NCBI GenBank assembly: GCA_963664225.1
Contig: OY760937.1
Span: 3,776,001-3,840,000 of the forward strand
Length of the DNA stretch: 64,000 nucleotides
DNA from: Verrucomicrobiia bacterium
GTDB taxonomy: Bacteria; Verrucomicrobiota; Verrucomicrobiia; Limisphaerales; UBA1319
Direction: 5' to 3'
The notes beneath the pieces were generated by a model, which ran no database searches, was not told where the DNA came from, and worked only from the letters and a program-made list of their open reading frames with translations. Both the position numbers and the translations under genes were made by a program. Shown one piece after another: positions 1 to 10,890 of this stretch. Position 1 is the stretch's first letter. Every line of letters begins with the position of its first letter.

Positions 1-1696
1 GAATAATGGAACTGCGTGCTCGGTCGGGAAACCGGGGAAAATCCCTTGTCCAGTAACCTAAAACGCGTTCATAGACACGTTCCTCCTTTGGTGTATTAGT
101 CTGGCTGGCGCGAGAGAGGATTGAGCCAAAAACTGGCATTTGCAGCCAATCCTGCTCGGGATTCGCCAAGGGTTTTTGTGGGGCGTAATTAAGAAACTGC
201 TGAAGGCCATCAAGCGTCAAAGTTTCCCCTGCTAAAATAAACACCTCAAATAGCGAGCGCATGAGTTGATCGGTGGCATTTTTCCAAAACTCATCATTAG
301 TTGATTGAGACGAACTGCGGGAAACGGTCTCGATGAGAATACGAAATAAACCCACAAGATTGTTGGCCAAACCCAGACCTACGCTCGGGCGCTGGCTCTC
401 ATAAGCCAAGATATTCAGTGAGGGACCATCGGCATTGATGACAATTGCGTCCCCTCCCCGACCGCATCGCTCGCATAAATCTAACCAACGCTGTGCCTCG
501 CCGGGCTTGGCGGTCAAAACCAAGCCGCCAAAACCCGCGCCTACAAAGTTTTCTGCAAAAAGATTCCCGCTGCCGCTGGTTTTACCACTTCCGGGTGCGC
601 CCAGGATTAGCACCCCTTCGTAGGAGTCCTTGATCTTCCACTGGTCTGCTTCGTCACTTCCAAAACGAATTAGACCTTCCTCGCCGCTCCAAGTCTTACC
701 GTTTGTAAAAACAAAAAACTGTTCCGGTTGGATAGGAGGAATCCTTGGACTCAATGCAACCTTGGGAGACTGGGGAGTTGGGGGTGTGGCATCGGCGACA
801 GGGGGGTGTAGTGGTGGTGCGGGATCAGTTGTGAGGGGTTCGGGAGTTTTGGCTTTAGCGGGCCTCGGGACGCGTTTCGTCTTGGGGGTGGGGACCAAGG
901 CCTGGCAAAACTTCTGCACCCGGGCCACGGTGGTGATGACATCCTTGGCTTTGAGCAAGAGACAGATTTCCTCGCTTGTCTTGCCCCCCTTCCAAGCCGT
1001 TAAAATCGCCCCTTGTTCCGCCAGCAATTCAGGGAAATTCGGCAGGTGATCTGGGCAAGCTGGTTTGACCGTTGGAAGTGCGATTCCCATTGAGTGGCGC
1101 ACCTGTTCAGCCAGGAATTGGATGTCATCCAGATTGATCAAGGGGCCCTCCCCTATTTCATCCCAATAGACCTCAATACAGTCGGGCGGTAAATAATCTG
1201 ATCTTATGGTGATGCGCCGGTCGCCAGCCTCCTTCCCATGTACATTTTTCCCGCCGAAAACCTGTCTGGTCCGGCTGACGACTTCTCCCGAGGTAAGGCG
1301 CTCACTCAGCAAAGCATGTAAGCTGTGCTCTGGCTGATAGATGGCATCGCCGAGGGAAGCCGCCAAGCTCCCTCTTGCTCCAGAAAAGAAAACGGGGAAT
1401 TTGGTTCCGCTTCCTGATGCGCCAAGATAATCCAAGAATATCACGGCAAGGGCCCGAGGCACTTTGGTCCAAGTGAAATTGTGCTGATTGTCGCCCTGCT
1501 GCCAAAAAACAACCGGATTGGATTTAAGGCATTGAAATTCGATCCGATCCAATTCCGGGCTGTCCTTGCCTCGGAATTTCAAGACAAGCACGCGTCCTGA
1601 TTTGAACGGTTCAGAGGGGGTTTTGAGCAATAAAGGAGGGCCCCCTTCAATTTGCGAGGTTTTCGCCGACATGGATTTTGAGCTGATGTTGTTCAT
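1..1696 (-). CDS. Type IV coupling protein (VirD4/TraD-like ATPase) with long N-terminal extension; runs off the left edge
   Basis: Manual translation of the minus frame from ATG 1696: ...WKIKDSYEGVLILGAPGSGKTSGSGNL...GFGGLVLTAKPGE...DEFWKNA...YWTRDFPRFPDRARSSII; no stop found in the stretches read. Walker A is present; the gene is divergent from the relaxase. Probably absent from the ORF track because it has no stop inside the window. Confidence 0.8.
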   Translation of the reverse strand, partial: MNNISSKSMSAKTSQIEGGPPLLLKTPSEPFKSGRVLVLKFRGKDSPELDRIEFQCLKSNPVVFWQQGDNQHNFTWTKVPRALAVIFLDYLGASGSGTKFPVFFSGARGSLAASLGDAIYQPEHSLHALLSERLTSGEVVSRTRQVFGGKNVHGKEAGDRRITIRSDYLPPDCIEVYWDEIGEGPLINLDDIQFLAEQVRHSMGIALPTVKPACPDHLPNFPELLAEQGAILTAWKGGKTSEEICLLLKAKDVITTVARVQKFCQALVPTPKTKRVPRPAKAKTPEPLTTDPAPPLHPPVADATPPTPQSPKVALSPRIPPIQPEQFFVFTNGKTWSGEEGLIRFGSDEADQWKIKDSYEGVLILGAPGSGKTSGSGNLFAENFVGAGFGGLVLTAKPGEAQRWLDLCERCGRGGDAIVINADGPSLNILAYESQRPSVGLGLANNLVGLFRILIETVSRSSSQSTNDEFWKNATDQLMRSLFEVFILAGETLTLDGLQQFLNYAPQKPLANPEQDWLQMPVFGSILSRASQTNTPKEERVYERVLGYWTRDFPRFPDRARSSII

Positions 1697-1883
1697 CGTG
1701 CCAACCCGTGACGGCTGGCGAAGGTGCCACGATCCCAACGGTTTGTCACGTATTTCTGAACGTTCTGAGAATATTTCTGATCCTTCTGAAGGTTCCTCCA
1801 ATGGTGAATCCGCGTGGACGTGGGAAAATCATCACGTCGCCCGAGATGGCGCTGTGCGTAGCAACCTTAAACCATAAAACATT

Positions 1884-2180
1884 ATGATAGGCTCCAATAA
1901 CCCGACGGTGCGGCTTGAAAACAATCCCCATAAGGATTTGGAATCGGCCACGGTGAGAAATCTTTCGAACGATAATGTAAACGCATCATTACCAAGACCC
2001 TTGGTGTTTACGGTGGAAGAATCGGCTGCGGCGCTTCATGTGAGTACCAAGACGATTCGACGGCTCCTCTACCGTGGCGTGCTCACCAGTTCCAGGGCGC
2101 TGCGAAAAAAACTCATCCCACGGCAGCAGATTGAGGAGTTTCTTAAGGCAACCTGTGATGTTCCCAAGCGCTTAATATAA
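1884..2180 (+). CDS. Excisionase/AlpA-like HTH_17 DNA-binding protein
   Basis: VFTVEESAAALHVSTKTIRRLLYRGVL...LIPRQQIEEFL is a typical HTH_17 pattern; the true start may be later. Confidence 0.75.
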   Translation: MIGSNNPTVRLENNPHKDLESATVRNLSNDNVNASLPRPLVFTVEESAAALHVSTKTIRRLLYRGVLTSSRALRKKLIPRQQIEEFLKATCDVPKRLI

Positions 2181-2212
2181 CCACCTTAACGGCTAATTGT
2201 TATGACGAATTA

Positions 2213-2250
2213 TTTTGGGTTTGTGTCCCTCCCTAAGCTGTGCTTAGGGG
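2213..2250. promoter_or_regulatory. Candidate oriT / relaxase operator hairpin
   Basis: Perfect inverted repeat CCCTAAGC-tgt-GCTTAGGG (2231-2249) preceded by a G/T-rich tract TTTTGGGTTTGTGT, just upstream of a MobF relaxase. Confidence 0.3.
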
Positions 2251-2355
2251 AGATGTCTGACGAAGTTTTTCAAAGTTTTAGGAGGAAATATTTCTTCAAT
2301 TTTCAAGGGGATCATGAACAAGACTGCAAGTGGGGAAACTGGAGACCCTGAATTT

Positions 2356-5124
2356 ATGTTACGCATCATCACCTCTGCATCCATAAACCAAGCCAAGAAA
2401 TATTACAGTGAAGGACTCACTCGCGAAGGCTATTACTCCGAAGGCCAGGAGATGGCCGGGGAGTGGGGTGGTCTTTGCGCCGACCGTCTCGGTCTCAAGG
2501 GGACGGTTGATAAGGACGTATTCACACGTCTGTGCGACAACATCCATCCGGTGACGGGTCAGCCCCTGACCCCGCGCATGAAGGAAAACCGACGGGTGGG
2601 GTATGACTTTAATTTTAACGCGCCCAAGTCGGTTTCGCTGGCATACGAATGGAGTAAAGATGAGCGCATCTTATCCATCTTTCGTAAAGCTGTTCGCGAA
2701 ACCATGGAGGAATTGGAGCACGACGTTGGGACGCGCGTCCGTGTCGATGGGCGAAACGAGGACCGGGTGACAGGCAACCTATTGTGGGCGGAATTCATCC
2801 ACTTTACGGCCAGGCCCGTGGATGGGATTCCCGATCCACACCTGCACGCGCATTGCTTTGCCTTTAACGCCACGTTTGATCAGACGGAGTCCCGATGGAA
2901 GGCGGCGCAATTTGGGGATATCAAATATGACGCGAATTACTACCAGGCGGCTTTTCACGCGCGTCTTTCCAATGGCCTGAGGGAATTGGGCTATGAGATT
3001 GAACCGGTGGGCGGGGCATTTGAATTGGGGGGAATTTCGCGCTCCCTGATCGAGAAATTCAGCCGTCGTTCGGAAGTGGTGAAAACCAAGGAAAAGGAAC
3101 TGGGGGACCTCACCGCGAAGGAAAGGGATGGACTGGCGGCCCTGACCCGGGAAAAAAAGGCCAAAGACCTGTCGAAAACCGAGCTTCACGCCCTGTGGTG
3201 GGAGAGATTATCGCCGGAAGATACTAACGAATTAAACGCACTTGGGGCGCATTTGGAACGGCGGCGTTACCAGGAGTTGGTAAAACCAGAACCCAAGCAG
3301 AATAAAGAAGCGGTTGCTTTCGCGCTGGAGCATATCTTCGAGCGGGCGAGCGTGGTCTCTGAGCGTGAATTGATCACGGAAGCCCTTAAATGGGGATACG
3401 GGCGGGCAACCCTGGCGGGCGTCAGGGCGGAGGTAAACTCCCTGCCATTGATTCGCGTGGAGCATAACGGACAAAAGCTCCTGACAACCCCAGAAGTCTT
3501 AAAAGAGGAAAAACGGATTGTGGAGCGTTGCCAGCGCGGAAAGGGAAAGTACCCTACCCTTCACTCCTACTGGCATATTCAGGATAAAGCGCTCAATGCA
3601 CAACAGAAGGAAGCGGTCTTCCATGTTTTACGTTCTCGGGATTTTATTACCGGCATTGCTGGGAAAGCGGGCACCGGCAAGACGACTCTTTTGCATGAGG
3701 CGAAACGCGGCATCGAGGCCGGTGGAAATAAATTGATGGTGTTTGCACCAACGGCTGAAGCGGCCCGTGGGGTGCTCCGCAAGCAAGGTTTTGCGCAGGC
3801 GGAAACGGTGGCGCAATTGCTCTCGAGTGCGACGCTTCAGGAACAGGCCATGGGGGCGGTCTGGTGGGTGGATGAAGCGGGACTGATGTCCGCGCGATCC
3901 ATGGACCGGCTTATGGGGCTGGCGGAAAAGCTCGATGCTCGTTTGGTGCTGGTGGGGGACACGGGCCAGCATCATTCCGTTGAACGCGGCAGTCCTTTTG
4001 ATTTGATGGAGCGCTATGGGAAAATGGAGGTGGCCGGCGTTGAGATAATTCAACGGCAAAAGGGGGCCTATAAGCGGGCGGTTGAACAGATTGCAGAACG
4101 GAATTTCGCGGCGGCCTTCGATATTTTGGAAAAGATGGGGGCTTTTCGTGAATTGCCGATCCTCGACCGGGAAAACACGCTGGCGCGGGATTATCAACGG
4201 GCCTTTGCAAAAGGCAAAAGCGTCCTGGTGGTTTCGCCCACGCACGCGGAATGTGAAAGCGCCACGCAGGCAATCCGTCGCGAACTCAAGGAAAGGGAGA
4301 TTATTGGGGAAGGAGTCAAATGGCGTATTCTATACAACCAATCATGGACGGCGGCGGAAAAGCGGGATTCCCGGAGCTATACGCTTGGTCTGGTCGCTCA
4401 AATTACCAGACAGGTAAAAGGCTTTGCCTTGGGCGAACAGCTTGAGGTCATGGAGATCAGTCATCGGCACGTGGTGGCCCAGAATTGCCGTGGGGAGAGC
4501 AAAAAGCTCCCCTTGAATACCCCGGAGGTGTTCAGCGTGTATAAGCGGGACGCCATCGAGGTTAGTGCGGGAGACAGAATCCGGATCACAGCCAATGGAC
4601 GGAGTGAGGACCGTCACCGGCTCAATAATGGCGATTTGCACACGGTCAAAGCCTTTACGCGTGCTGGGGACATTGTTTTGGATAATGGCTGGCATTTGGG
4701 GCGCGACTTCGGGCATTTGGATTACGGCTATGCGACCACGTCGCACAGCTCCCAGGGTAAGACCGTGGATTGGGTCTTTGTGGCGCAATCAGGGCTGTGC
4801 ACCTCGGGGGCCAGTGACGCAAATCAGTTCTATGTTTCGGTCTCACGCGGCAGGAAAGGTGTCACGATCTACACGGATGATACTGAAGCCCTGCGGGAAA
4901 ATGTGGCGCGGGTGCGTGAGCGAATGAATGCCATGGAAATCATGCCTAAAGAAAAATCAAAGGAGGATCTTTCGCGAGCTGCCGAGGCGAAAATTGAGAC
5001 TCAAGAGCCTCTATTGGAAATCACAAAAGCTGCGGAATTGGAAATGAGGACGCCCTTGGTTGAATCGCGTGAAATTTCAATGCCTGAGGTGGAGCGAGAA
5101 GATGCGCTGGAATTGGAGCGGTGA
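2356..5124 (+). CDS. mobF: MobF (TrwC/TraI-like) conjugative relaxase-helicase
   Basis: N-terminal YYS..YYS tyrosines, GYDFNFNAPKSVSL, HUH motif DPHLHAH, helicase Walker A GKAGTGKT, VDEAG, YATTSHSSQGKTVD. Start taken at MLRII (2356); the ORF track starts at 2314. Confidence 0.95.
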   Translation: MLRIITSASINQAKKYYSEGLTREGYYSEGQEMAGEWGGLCADRLGLKGTVDKDVFTRLCDNIHPVTGQPLTPRMKENRRVGYDFNFNAPKSVSLAYEWSKDERILSIFRKAVRETMEELEHDVGTRVRVDGRNEDRVTGNLLWAEFIHFTARPVDGIPDPHLHAHCFAFNATFDQTESRWKAAQFGDIKYDANYYQAAFHARLSNGLRELGYEIEPVGGAFELGGISRSLIEKFSRRSEVVKTKEKELGDLTAKERDGLAALTREKKAKDLSKTELHALWWERLSPEDTNELNALGAHLERRRYQELVKPEPKQNKEAVAFALEHIFERASVVSERELITEALKWGYGRATLAGVRAEVNSLPLIRVEHNGQKLLTTPEVLKEEKRIVERCQRGKGKYPTLHSYWHIQDKALNAQQKEAVFHVLRSRDFITGIAGKAGTGKTTLLHEAKRGIEAGGNKLMVFAPTAEAARGVLRKQGFAQAETVAQLLSSATLQEQAMGAVWWVDEAGLMSARSMDRLMGLAEKLDARLVLVGDTGQHHSVERGSPFDLMERYGKMEVAGVEIIQRQKGAYKRAVEQIAERNFAAAFDILEKMGAFRELPILDRENTLARDYQRAFAKGKSVLVVSPTHAECESATQAIRRELKEREIIGEGVKWRILYNQSWTAAEKRDSRSYTLGLVAQITRQVKGFALGEQLEVMEISHRHVVAQNCRGESKKLPLNTPEVFSVYKRDAIEVSAGDRIRITANGRSEDRHRLNNGDLHTVKAFTRAGDIVLDNGWHLGRDFGHLDYGYATTSHSSQGKTVDWVFVAQSGLCTSGASDANQFYVSVSRGRKGVTIYTDDTEALRENVARVRERMNAMEIMPKEKSKEDLSRAAEAKIETQEPLLEITKAAELEMRTPLVESREISMPEVEREDALELER

Positions 5125-5187
5125 GAGAATGGAGTAATTCGAGTCATAGCCTAATTCCCGAGCTTATGCGCAAGAATGACCAAAATA

Positions 5188-5236
5188 TGATGTATCACCG
5201 AATTATATTGACTAAACGGTGATGTATCATATTCTA
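5188..5236 (+). promoter_or_regulatory. Sigma70-like promoter overlapped by an imperfect palindromic operator
   Basis: TTGACT (5208-5213) and TATTCT (5230-5235), with TGATGTATCACCG upstream and CGGTGATGTATCA in the spacer. Confidence 0.4.
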
Positions 5237-5243
5237 ATACATC

Positions 5244-6454
5244 ATGGATGACCGTCCCCGCCTCTATGAAAATCTCCTCAAAAACCATTTTCTAAAGAAC
5301 GAAAAAATGGCATTTGTGAGTGGTCCACGCCAAGTGGGAAAAACCACGGTATGCCGGTCATTGGCCGAAAATATTTCAATTGGGACAATTCCGACGACCG
5401 CCGGGTTATATTAAGTGGTCCGACTAATCTTGCGCGGGCCAGTGATATTGGAGGAATTAACCCGAAACCGCCCACGGTGGTGTTCGATGAGCTTCACAAG
5501 CATGTAAAATGGAAATCATTGATCAAGGGATTTTTTGACACCTATCAAAAGCAGGTTCGAATCATTGTTACGGGCAGCTCGCGCATGGATGTTTTTCGAC
5601 GCGGTGGGGATAGCCTGATGGGGCGTTATTTTCTCTATCGAATGCATCCTTAGTCGGTAGCGGAGGCGATTACCACAGATATTCCGAAAGAAATAACACG
5701 TGCGCCGAGCGTTATAAGGGAAGACGATTGGGCTGCTTTATGGGAGCACGGCGGTTTTCCTGAACCATTCATTAAACGCGACATTCAAGTGACGCGCCGT
5801 TGGCGCTCGTTGCGGAATGAAGTGCTATCAAGGGAAGATTTGCGTGAAATCACGCGAGTGCAGGAAATCGGGACGATTGAAGTCCTTATGCAACTGTTGT
5901 CTGAAAACTCCTCGCAACAAGTGATCTATGCCAATTACGCGCAACACCTCGGGGTGACGGCTCAAACCATCAAACGCTGGGTAGATTTGCTTAATCGGTT
6001 GCATTTCGGATTTAGTCTTTCACCATGGTTTACGAGTATTTCAAGGGCTTTGCGCAAGGAGCCCAAGTGGTTCCTGCGAGATTGGTCTGGAATTAGTGAT
6101 CCGGGAGCGAAAGCGGAAACCTTCATCGCCTGCCATTTGCTTAAGGCGGTTGAAGGTTGGACAGACATGGGTTTTGGGGATTTTGAGCTTCACTATATTC
6201 GCACGGCAATGAAACAGGAGGTGGATTTTCTCGTGGTGCGGGATAAAAAGCCATGGATGCTGGTTGAGGCGAAATATGCGGACTCAAGCGTTTCCCCGCA
6301 TTTGTGGAGTTTTCAAAAACAGCTCCATGCCGAATACGCCTTTCAAGTTGTCATCGACCGGCCATATATCCAGGCGGATTGCTTTAGCCATCACGATCCG
6401 GTGGTTGTGCCCGCGCGAACATTCCTTAGTCAATTATTGTTATTTTCAGAATAG
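5244..6454 (+). pseudogene. AAA_14 + DUF4143 ATPase, disrupted
   Basis: MDDRPRLY...SGPRQVGKTT, then a frameshift near 5368, VFDELHK, TGSS, an in-frame TAG at 5651-5653 (RMHP*SVAE), GGFPEP and C-terminal EVDFLV...LVEAK. Confidence 0.85.
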
Positions 6455-7008
6455 AGCATCAAAATCGCTTTAAACGGATTTTGGAGATAAGCAGACGGAT
6501 AAAAGGAATTTGTTGCTCATCTTTGGATAGTTTATGAGATCGGGGTTGGAATTCACACGAGAAAGCGGGGAACAATTACCATAATTAATCCAATATCGCA
6601 TTGACAACGTGAACATGATCTGTGATTATCTCGTCCAATAAATAGTCACTGCGGTAGGAATTGTTGATGGTGGACGTGTTGCTTCCTGTCGCTTCGAAAT
6701 TGTTGCGCGGTAAAATATTTGCCATATGCATCATCACCTAATTGGTGTCCTAATCCTTCCTGCGTTAACGCACACATTTCATGATTACACGATGACCTCC
6801 GCAACTTCAGCCCGCGCGTCGCATTCACAGGCTGGTGTGCCATCCATTCGGCTGAATTTTGCCAGACGTGAACGGTTTTGTTGAGTTGGGATAGATAAGA
6901 GGAACCACCAAAACTATCCTGAGGTACTAGCAAATTAAGATGCGGAATATTTCATAGAAACATTGACCTCGCGTTACGGAAGTCGCGGCAGAATCCGTAA
7001 GAAATAAT

Positions 7009-7995
7009 ATGGGGTCTAATTTAACGAAAGTGATTACCGTGAATTCGATCAAAATTCTAAAACTCGCTAGTGTTTTGCAGTTGTTATTTTGCACACTCTT
7101 CAGAATGTATGGCCAAAGCATGCCGCCTGTACCAACGGACGATGGCGGATGCACAAATTGTCCCCCTTATACGAATTCGCCAACAACTTTATCGCCAGAC
7201 CGTTCAATAATTGATTTGAACATCGGCTATGTTGGCACATTACGGTTAGCGCTCTATGATCGTGATAAACCCGCCACGGTTAGCGCATTTCTCAATTACG
7301 TCATCAGCGGTGCCTACTCAAATAACATTATTCACTACGATGCGACAAATTTTGTCGCTCAAGGTGGCAGTCTGCGAATCATTGATTATGGAAATGGCGG
7401 GCAAGCTGTGGTTCCCGTTGCAGAGAACGCCCCAGTAACGAATGAATTGGGGAGCGGTCAATTGTTCAGCAATCTGCGTGGAACAATTGCAATGGTCCAT
7501 TATCCAGGCGAAACCAATAATGCCACCTGCCACTGGTTTATTAATTTGGCCGACAATACATCATTCGATTCGCCAGACCCAAATCATTCCTATGTTGTGT
7601 TTGGACATGTGATATCGGGGATAACAAATTTAGATAAGCTCAACCCATCGGCAACGAACACGACGATAAAAATAATGAATCTAGGAGGATGGTTGAACTC
7701 ATGCCCTGTGAATTACTCGGCCTCACCGTCAACGGTCACATACTCAAATCTGCTTACCGTAACCTACAATCTCATTACAATGGATGTTGGATTGAAGGCG
7801 CAAAAACAAACAAACAATTCCATGTTACTGTCTTGGCAGAGTGTTAGCAATAAACAACAAACATTATCATTCAAGCCAGAGATCGGCGGGGCAAATGGGT
7901 GGACGGCCATGTGGACAACCAACGGCAATGGCGCTATCCAAAGTTTTCAACATTCAACCAATGTGGTGAATGGTTTCTATCGGCTGTCATTTTAA
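7009..7995 (+). CDS. Secreted cyclophilin-like (PPIase fold) protein, probably catalytically altered
   Basis: KPATVSAFLNYV, FVAQGG, SNLRGTIAM, YVVFGHVISG; signal-like N-terminus; C-terminal ...GFYRLSF module. Confidence 0.8.
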   Translation: MGSNLTKVITVNSIKILKLASVLQLLFCTLFRMYGQSMPPVPTDDGGCTNCPPYTNSPTTLSPDRSIIDLNIGYVGTLRLALYDRDKPATVSAFLNYVISGAYSNNIIHYDATNFVAQGGSLRIIDYGNGGQAVVPVAENAPVTNELGSGQLFSNLRGTIAMVHYPGETNNATCHWFINLADNTSFDSPDPNHSYVVFGHVISGITNLDKLNPSATNTTIKIMNLGGWLNSCPVNYSASPSTVTYSNLLTVTYNLITMDVGLKAQKQTNNSMLLSWQSVSNKQQTLSFKPEIGGANGWTAMWTTNGNGAIQSFQHSTNVVNGFYRLSF

Positions 7996-8007
7996 CCCTG
8001 AGATTTC

Positions 8008-10890
8008 ATGAAACGATATCTTCTCTTGTTCATATTGTGCGTGTTAAATGCAAATGCGGATACATTTACGGATGACTTGGCAACCAAGCGCAATGTTTTA
8101 GTATGGTATATGCGCGACCTTGGCCCGCTGCCGCCTGACAACTGGCTCGCCGGGCCCATGATATATGCGGTCAACAGCGAACTCTGTTCGGGGGATACCG
8201 AATACCACTCGATGGGTAATTTTGCTTTTAGAGAGCGCATTGGCACCGAGTATATATTTAGCTATGCTAACGTTGGTTTATGGAGTCCTACCTACCCAGC
8301 AAAGTATGCTTACAATTTAACCTTTGGAAGTTTTGGATTGCACGAAGCAGAAGTTCAACCTTATCCATACTTATATCACTTCGCAATGGATGCAGTTGGT
8401 TATAATATTGTCGGTCTAAAATATGAGGGGTTATTTATCACCACCGGCATCGATGGGGGATATTTGCTCGGTTACCCAATCACTCCTGGAGCATATTATT
8501 TTACAACAGACGGTTATAATGCCAACAAAACATTTGATATAAGGCAGAAAGTCGAAACTCCAACATTCCAGATTGCTGATTACTATTTCGGCAATTATTT
8601 AAATTATCCGGTGGATTCCAAAATGCCGAGTCCGCAAAAGACCCAGTCGCAAAGCTCTGGTGCGCTACTCGCCAATGGTGTGGGCACGACTAATTTGCTT
8701 ATGGCATGGGTGAAAGAAGGGGTTTACCGTCCGGGTTACGCATTGCAGCCAGGGTATTCAAGTCCGCGTCTTTACACTTACATGCAGCAATATTTTGATG
8801 GGCCATGGGAAACAGAACCAGCGGCGGGAACGTTGCCGCGTCTTTCAACGGCCAATTGGAATGGTATTGGAAAAATAAACACAGCTTCTGCCGTTCGCAC
8901 TGGAACAATGACGCCTTTGGGCTATTTTATTCCGAACGATTTTGGCAAACAGATAATTGTGACGCGACCCATGGAGAATGGTTTTTATGGCGAGTTGCCA
9001 TTCTATGCTTTTCAAGTATATGTGGATAAGAATCGCGATGGAGCATTAAATACGACTGATGTAACGACTGCTGCCGATCCTCATGTGTTTTGGGTCAATA
9101 ATGATTGTGATAGGAGCGTGTACACCGACGATGATCTTTGGGATGAAGATGAAGCTCCGATAACGGGCTCGCGCACCAGTGATGCAGATTTTGTCATCTC
9201 GAAGTTCCGCATCCCTTCGATGCGTGATCTCGAGGATTACGACCGTCTTCACGTTCGTGGCCTAAAAGAGCTTTGCCGCGATTTACCCACAGGACAGGGG
9301 TATTCAGTCGTTTTTCGCTGGAAGACAATTCTTTCGGGAAATCCGGGTATTTTCGTTTTTAAATCCGCTGATTTGAATGGAGGGGCTGGTTATCTTACGA
9401 ATGCAACGAGCGCTGCTGAGCAAATACTTCCTACGTTGTATCCAACAAACTATGTGGAACCAGGAGTCAGCACGCTGGCTGTTGGACGAGTTCAGTCTGG
9501 AGTAAGTCCTGTGTTGCACAATGATTCAGCACGAGGAACAACTGACTATTTCATTTATTGCGGCACGAGCCGTGGTTCGGGTGAACTTGCAGTGAGCATA
9601 TATAAGGGAACTGATCTTATCGGTGAATCAAGCGTCTTTCTCGATTTGCGCGACGTTAAGGAATTATATGAACGTTGGACCTTGGGTGATTCTAATGGCG
9701 GCACGCCTGCAACTAATCCTTCATTGGTAAGCGAAGGATTGCCTGCAGGTCTACCGGCTACGCAATTTAATGATGGCACATCCAGTGGTCAGCGTTACAT
9801 TCTGTTTGTTCACGGATGGAACATGGCTCCGTTGGACAAGGACAACTTTGCAGAAACTTCGTTCAAAAGACTTTATTGGCAGGGTTATACTAATCACTTC
9901 GGCTCGCTACGATGGCCAACCACATATGGATTTACTGGATCGGGAATGGATATTCTTACGGATTCCGAGAATTATGATAATGGTGAATATACCGCCTGGC
10001 GCAGTGCGGAGGGTTTGCGTTTGCATTTGTTAAATTTGAACCAACGTTATCCAAGTAAAACATATATTGTCGCACATAGCATGGGTAATGTAGTTACTGG
10101 TGAAGCCCTTGCTCTGAACGCTGAAAAATATAATGGAGGTCGAATAGTTAATATTTATATTGCAAGTCAGGCTGCGGTACCGTTGCATTGTTATAGTGAA
10201 ACCGCAGCTTCTGCGTATAACTTGGATTTTTCATATACTCCTACAATATTTCGGGTCCAGTATCCTTACGCCAACTGGGATTCTAAAACAGCCAATGTTT
10301 ATCCAGGTTGGATGTCGACGAATATTGCCTCATGTGGGGCTAGGATTAACTTTTATAATGCTCATGATTATGCCTTATCAAAAGACCTATGGCAGTTTAA
10401 CCAGACGGTGAAACCAGACCAAAGATTAACGTTCGGCTATCAATACATATCTTTTTATAATCTTCAGATCCCTTCCATATTCGGAAGTAGCATTGGAATT
10501 ACTCCCACGCACATTATTCCATCACCAGCGCGGAAGGGGCAGTCACAACCATTGCTTCAGCAAGTGCCGGGTGTATTTATGTATTTCAGTCTAACAGGTA
10601 TACGCTATCTCGATGCGGAGCGTAATCTTAGCAATATGTATGAAGTAATGGCTTATGCATCCGAGGCAAGAACCATGCCGCTCGGCGTTGTGGGGGAAAG
10701 TACGGTTATGGAAGGGCAATTCAATCTTTGGTCTGCCTGGCCCGTGGATACCGATCCAAATAATGGAAATGGGAATTATGCTCGAAGAAAATGGCATAGT
10801 GCCGAATTCAGATCGAACAATATGATTCAAAATCTTTATTGGGCGAATATAGTTGGAAGGAACGGTTTCTCGATATTTCAAAATCGTTAA
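8008..10890 (+). CDS. Large secreted alpha/beta hydrolase (DUF900/lipase-like), putative toxin or effector
   Basis: Signal peptide MKRYLLLFILCVLNANA; ILFVHGWN oxyanion motif; nucleophile elbow IVAHSMGN; C-terminal HSAEF. Confidence 0.8.
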   Translation: MKRYLLLFILCVLNANADTFTDDLATKRNVLVWYMRDLGPLPPDNWLAGPMIYAVNSELCSGDTEYHSMGNFAFRERIGTEYIFSYANVGLWSPTYPAKYAYNLTFGSFGLHEAEVQPYPYLYHFAMDAVGYNIVGLKYEGLFITTGIDGGYLLGYPITPGAYYFTTDGYNANKTFDIRQKVETPTFQIADYYFGNYLNYPVDSKMPSPQKTQSQSSGALLANGVGTTNLLMAWVKEGVYRPGYALQPGYSSPRLYTYMQQYFDGPWETEPAAGTLPRLSTANWNGIGKINTASAVRTGTMTPLGYFIPNDFGKQIIVTRPMENGFYGELPFYAFQVYVDKNRDGALNTTDVTTAADPHVFWVNNDCDRSVYTDDDLWDEDEAPITGSRTSDADFVISKFRIPSMRDLEDYDRLHVRGLKELCRDLPTGQGYSVVFRWKTILSGNPGIFVFKSADLNGGAGYLTNATSAAEQILPTLYPTNYVEPGVSTLAVGRVQSGVSPVLHNDSARGTTDYFIYCGTSRGSGELAVSIYKGTDLIGESSVFLDLRDVKELYERWTLGDSNGGTPATNPSLVSEGLPAGLPATQFNDGTSSGQRYILFVHGWNMAPLDKDNFAETSFKRLYWQGYTNHFGSLRWPTTYGFTGSGMDILTDSENYDNGEYTAWRSAEGLRLHLLNLNQRYPSKTYIVAHSMGNVVTGEALALNAEKYNGGRIVNIYIASQAAVPLHCYSETAASAYNLDFSYTPTIFRVQYPYANWDSKTANVYPGWMSTNIASCGARINFYNAHDYALSKDLWQFNQTVKPDQRLTFGYQYISFYNLQIPSIFGSSIGITPTHIIPSPARKGQSQPLLQQVPGVFMYFSLTGIRYLDAERNLSNMYEVMAYASEARTMPLGVVGESTVMEGQFNLWSAWPVDTDPNNGNGNYARRKWHSAEFRSNNMIQNLYWANIVGRNGFSIFQNR

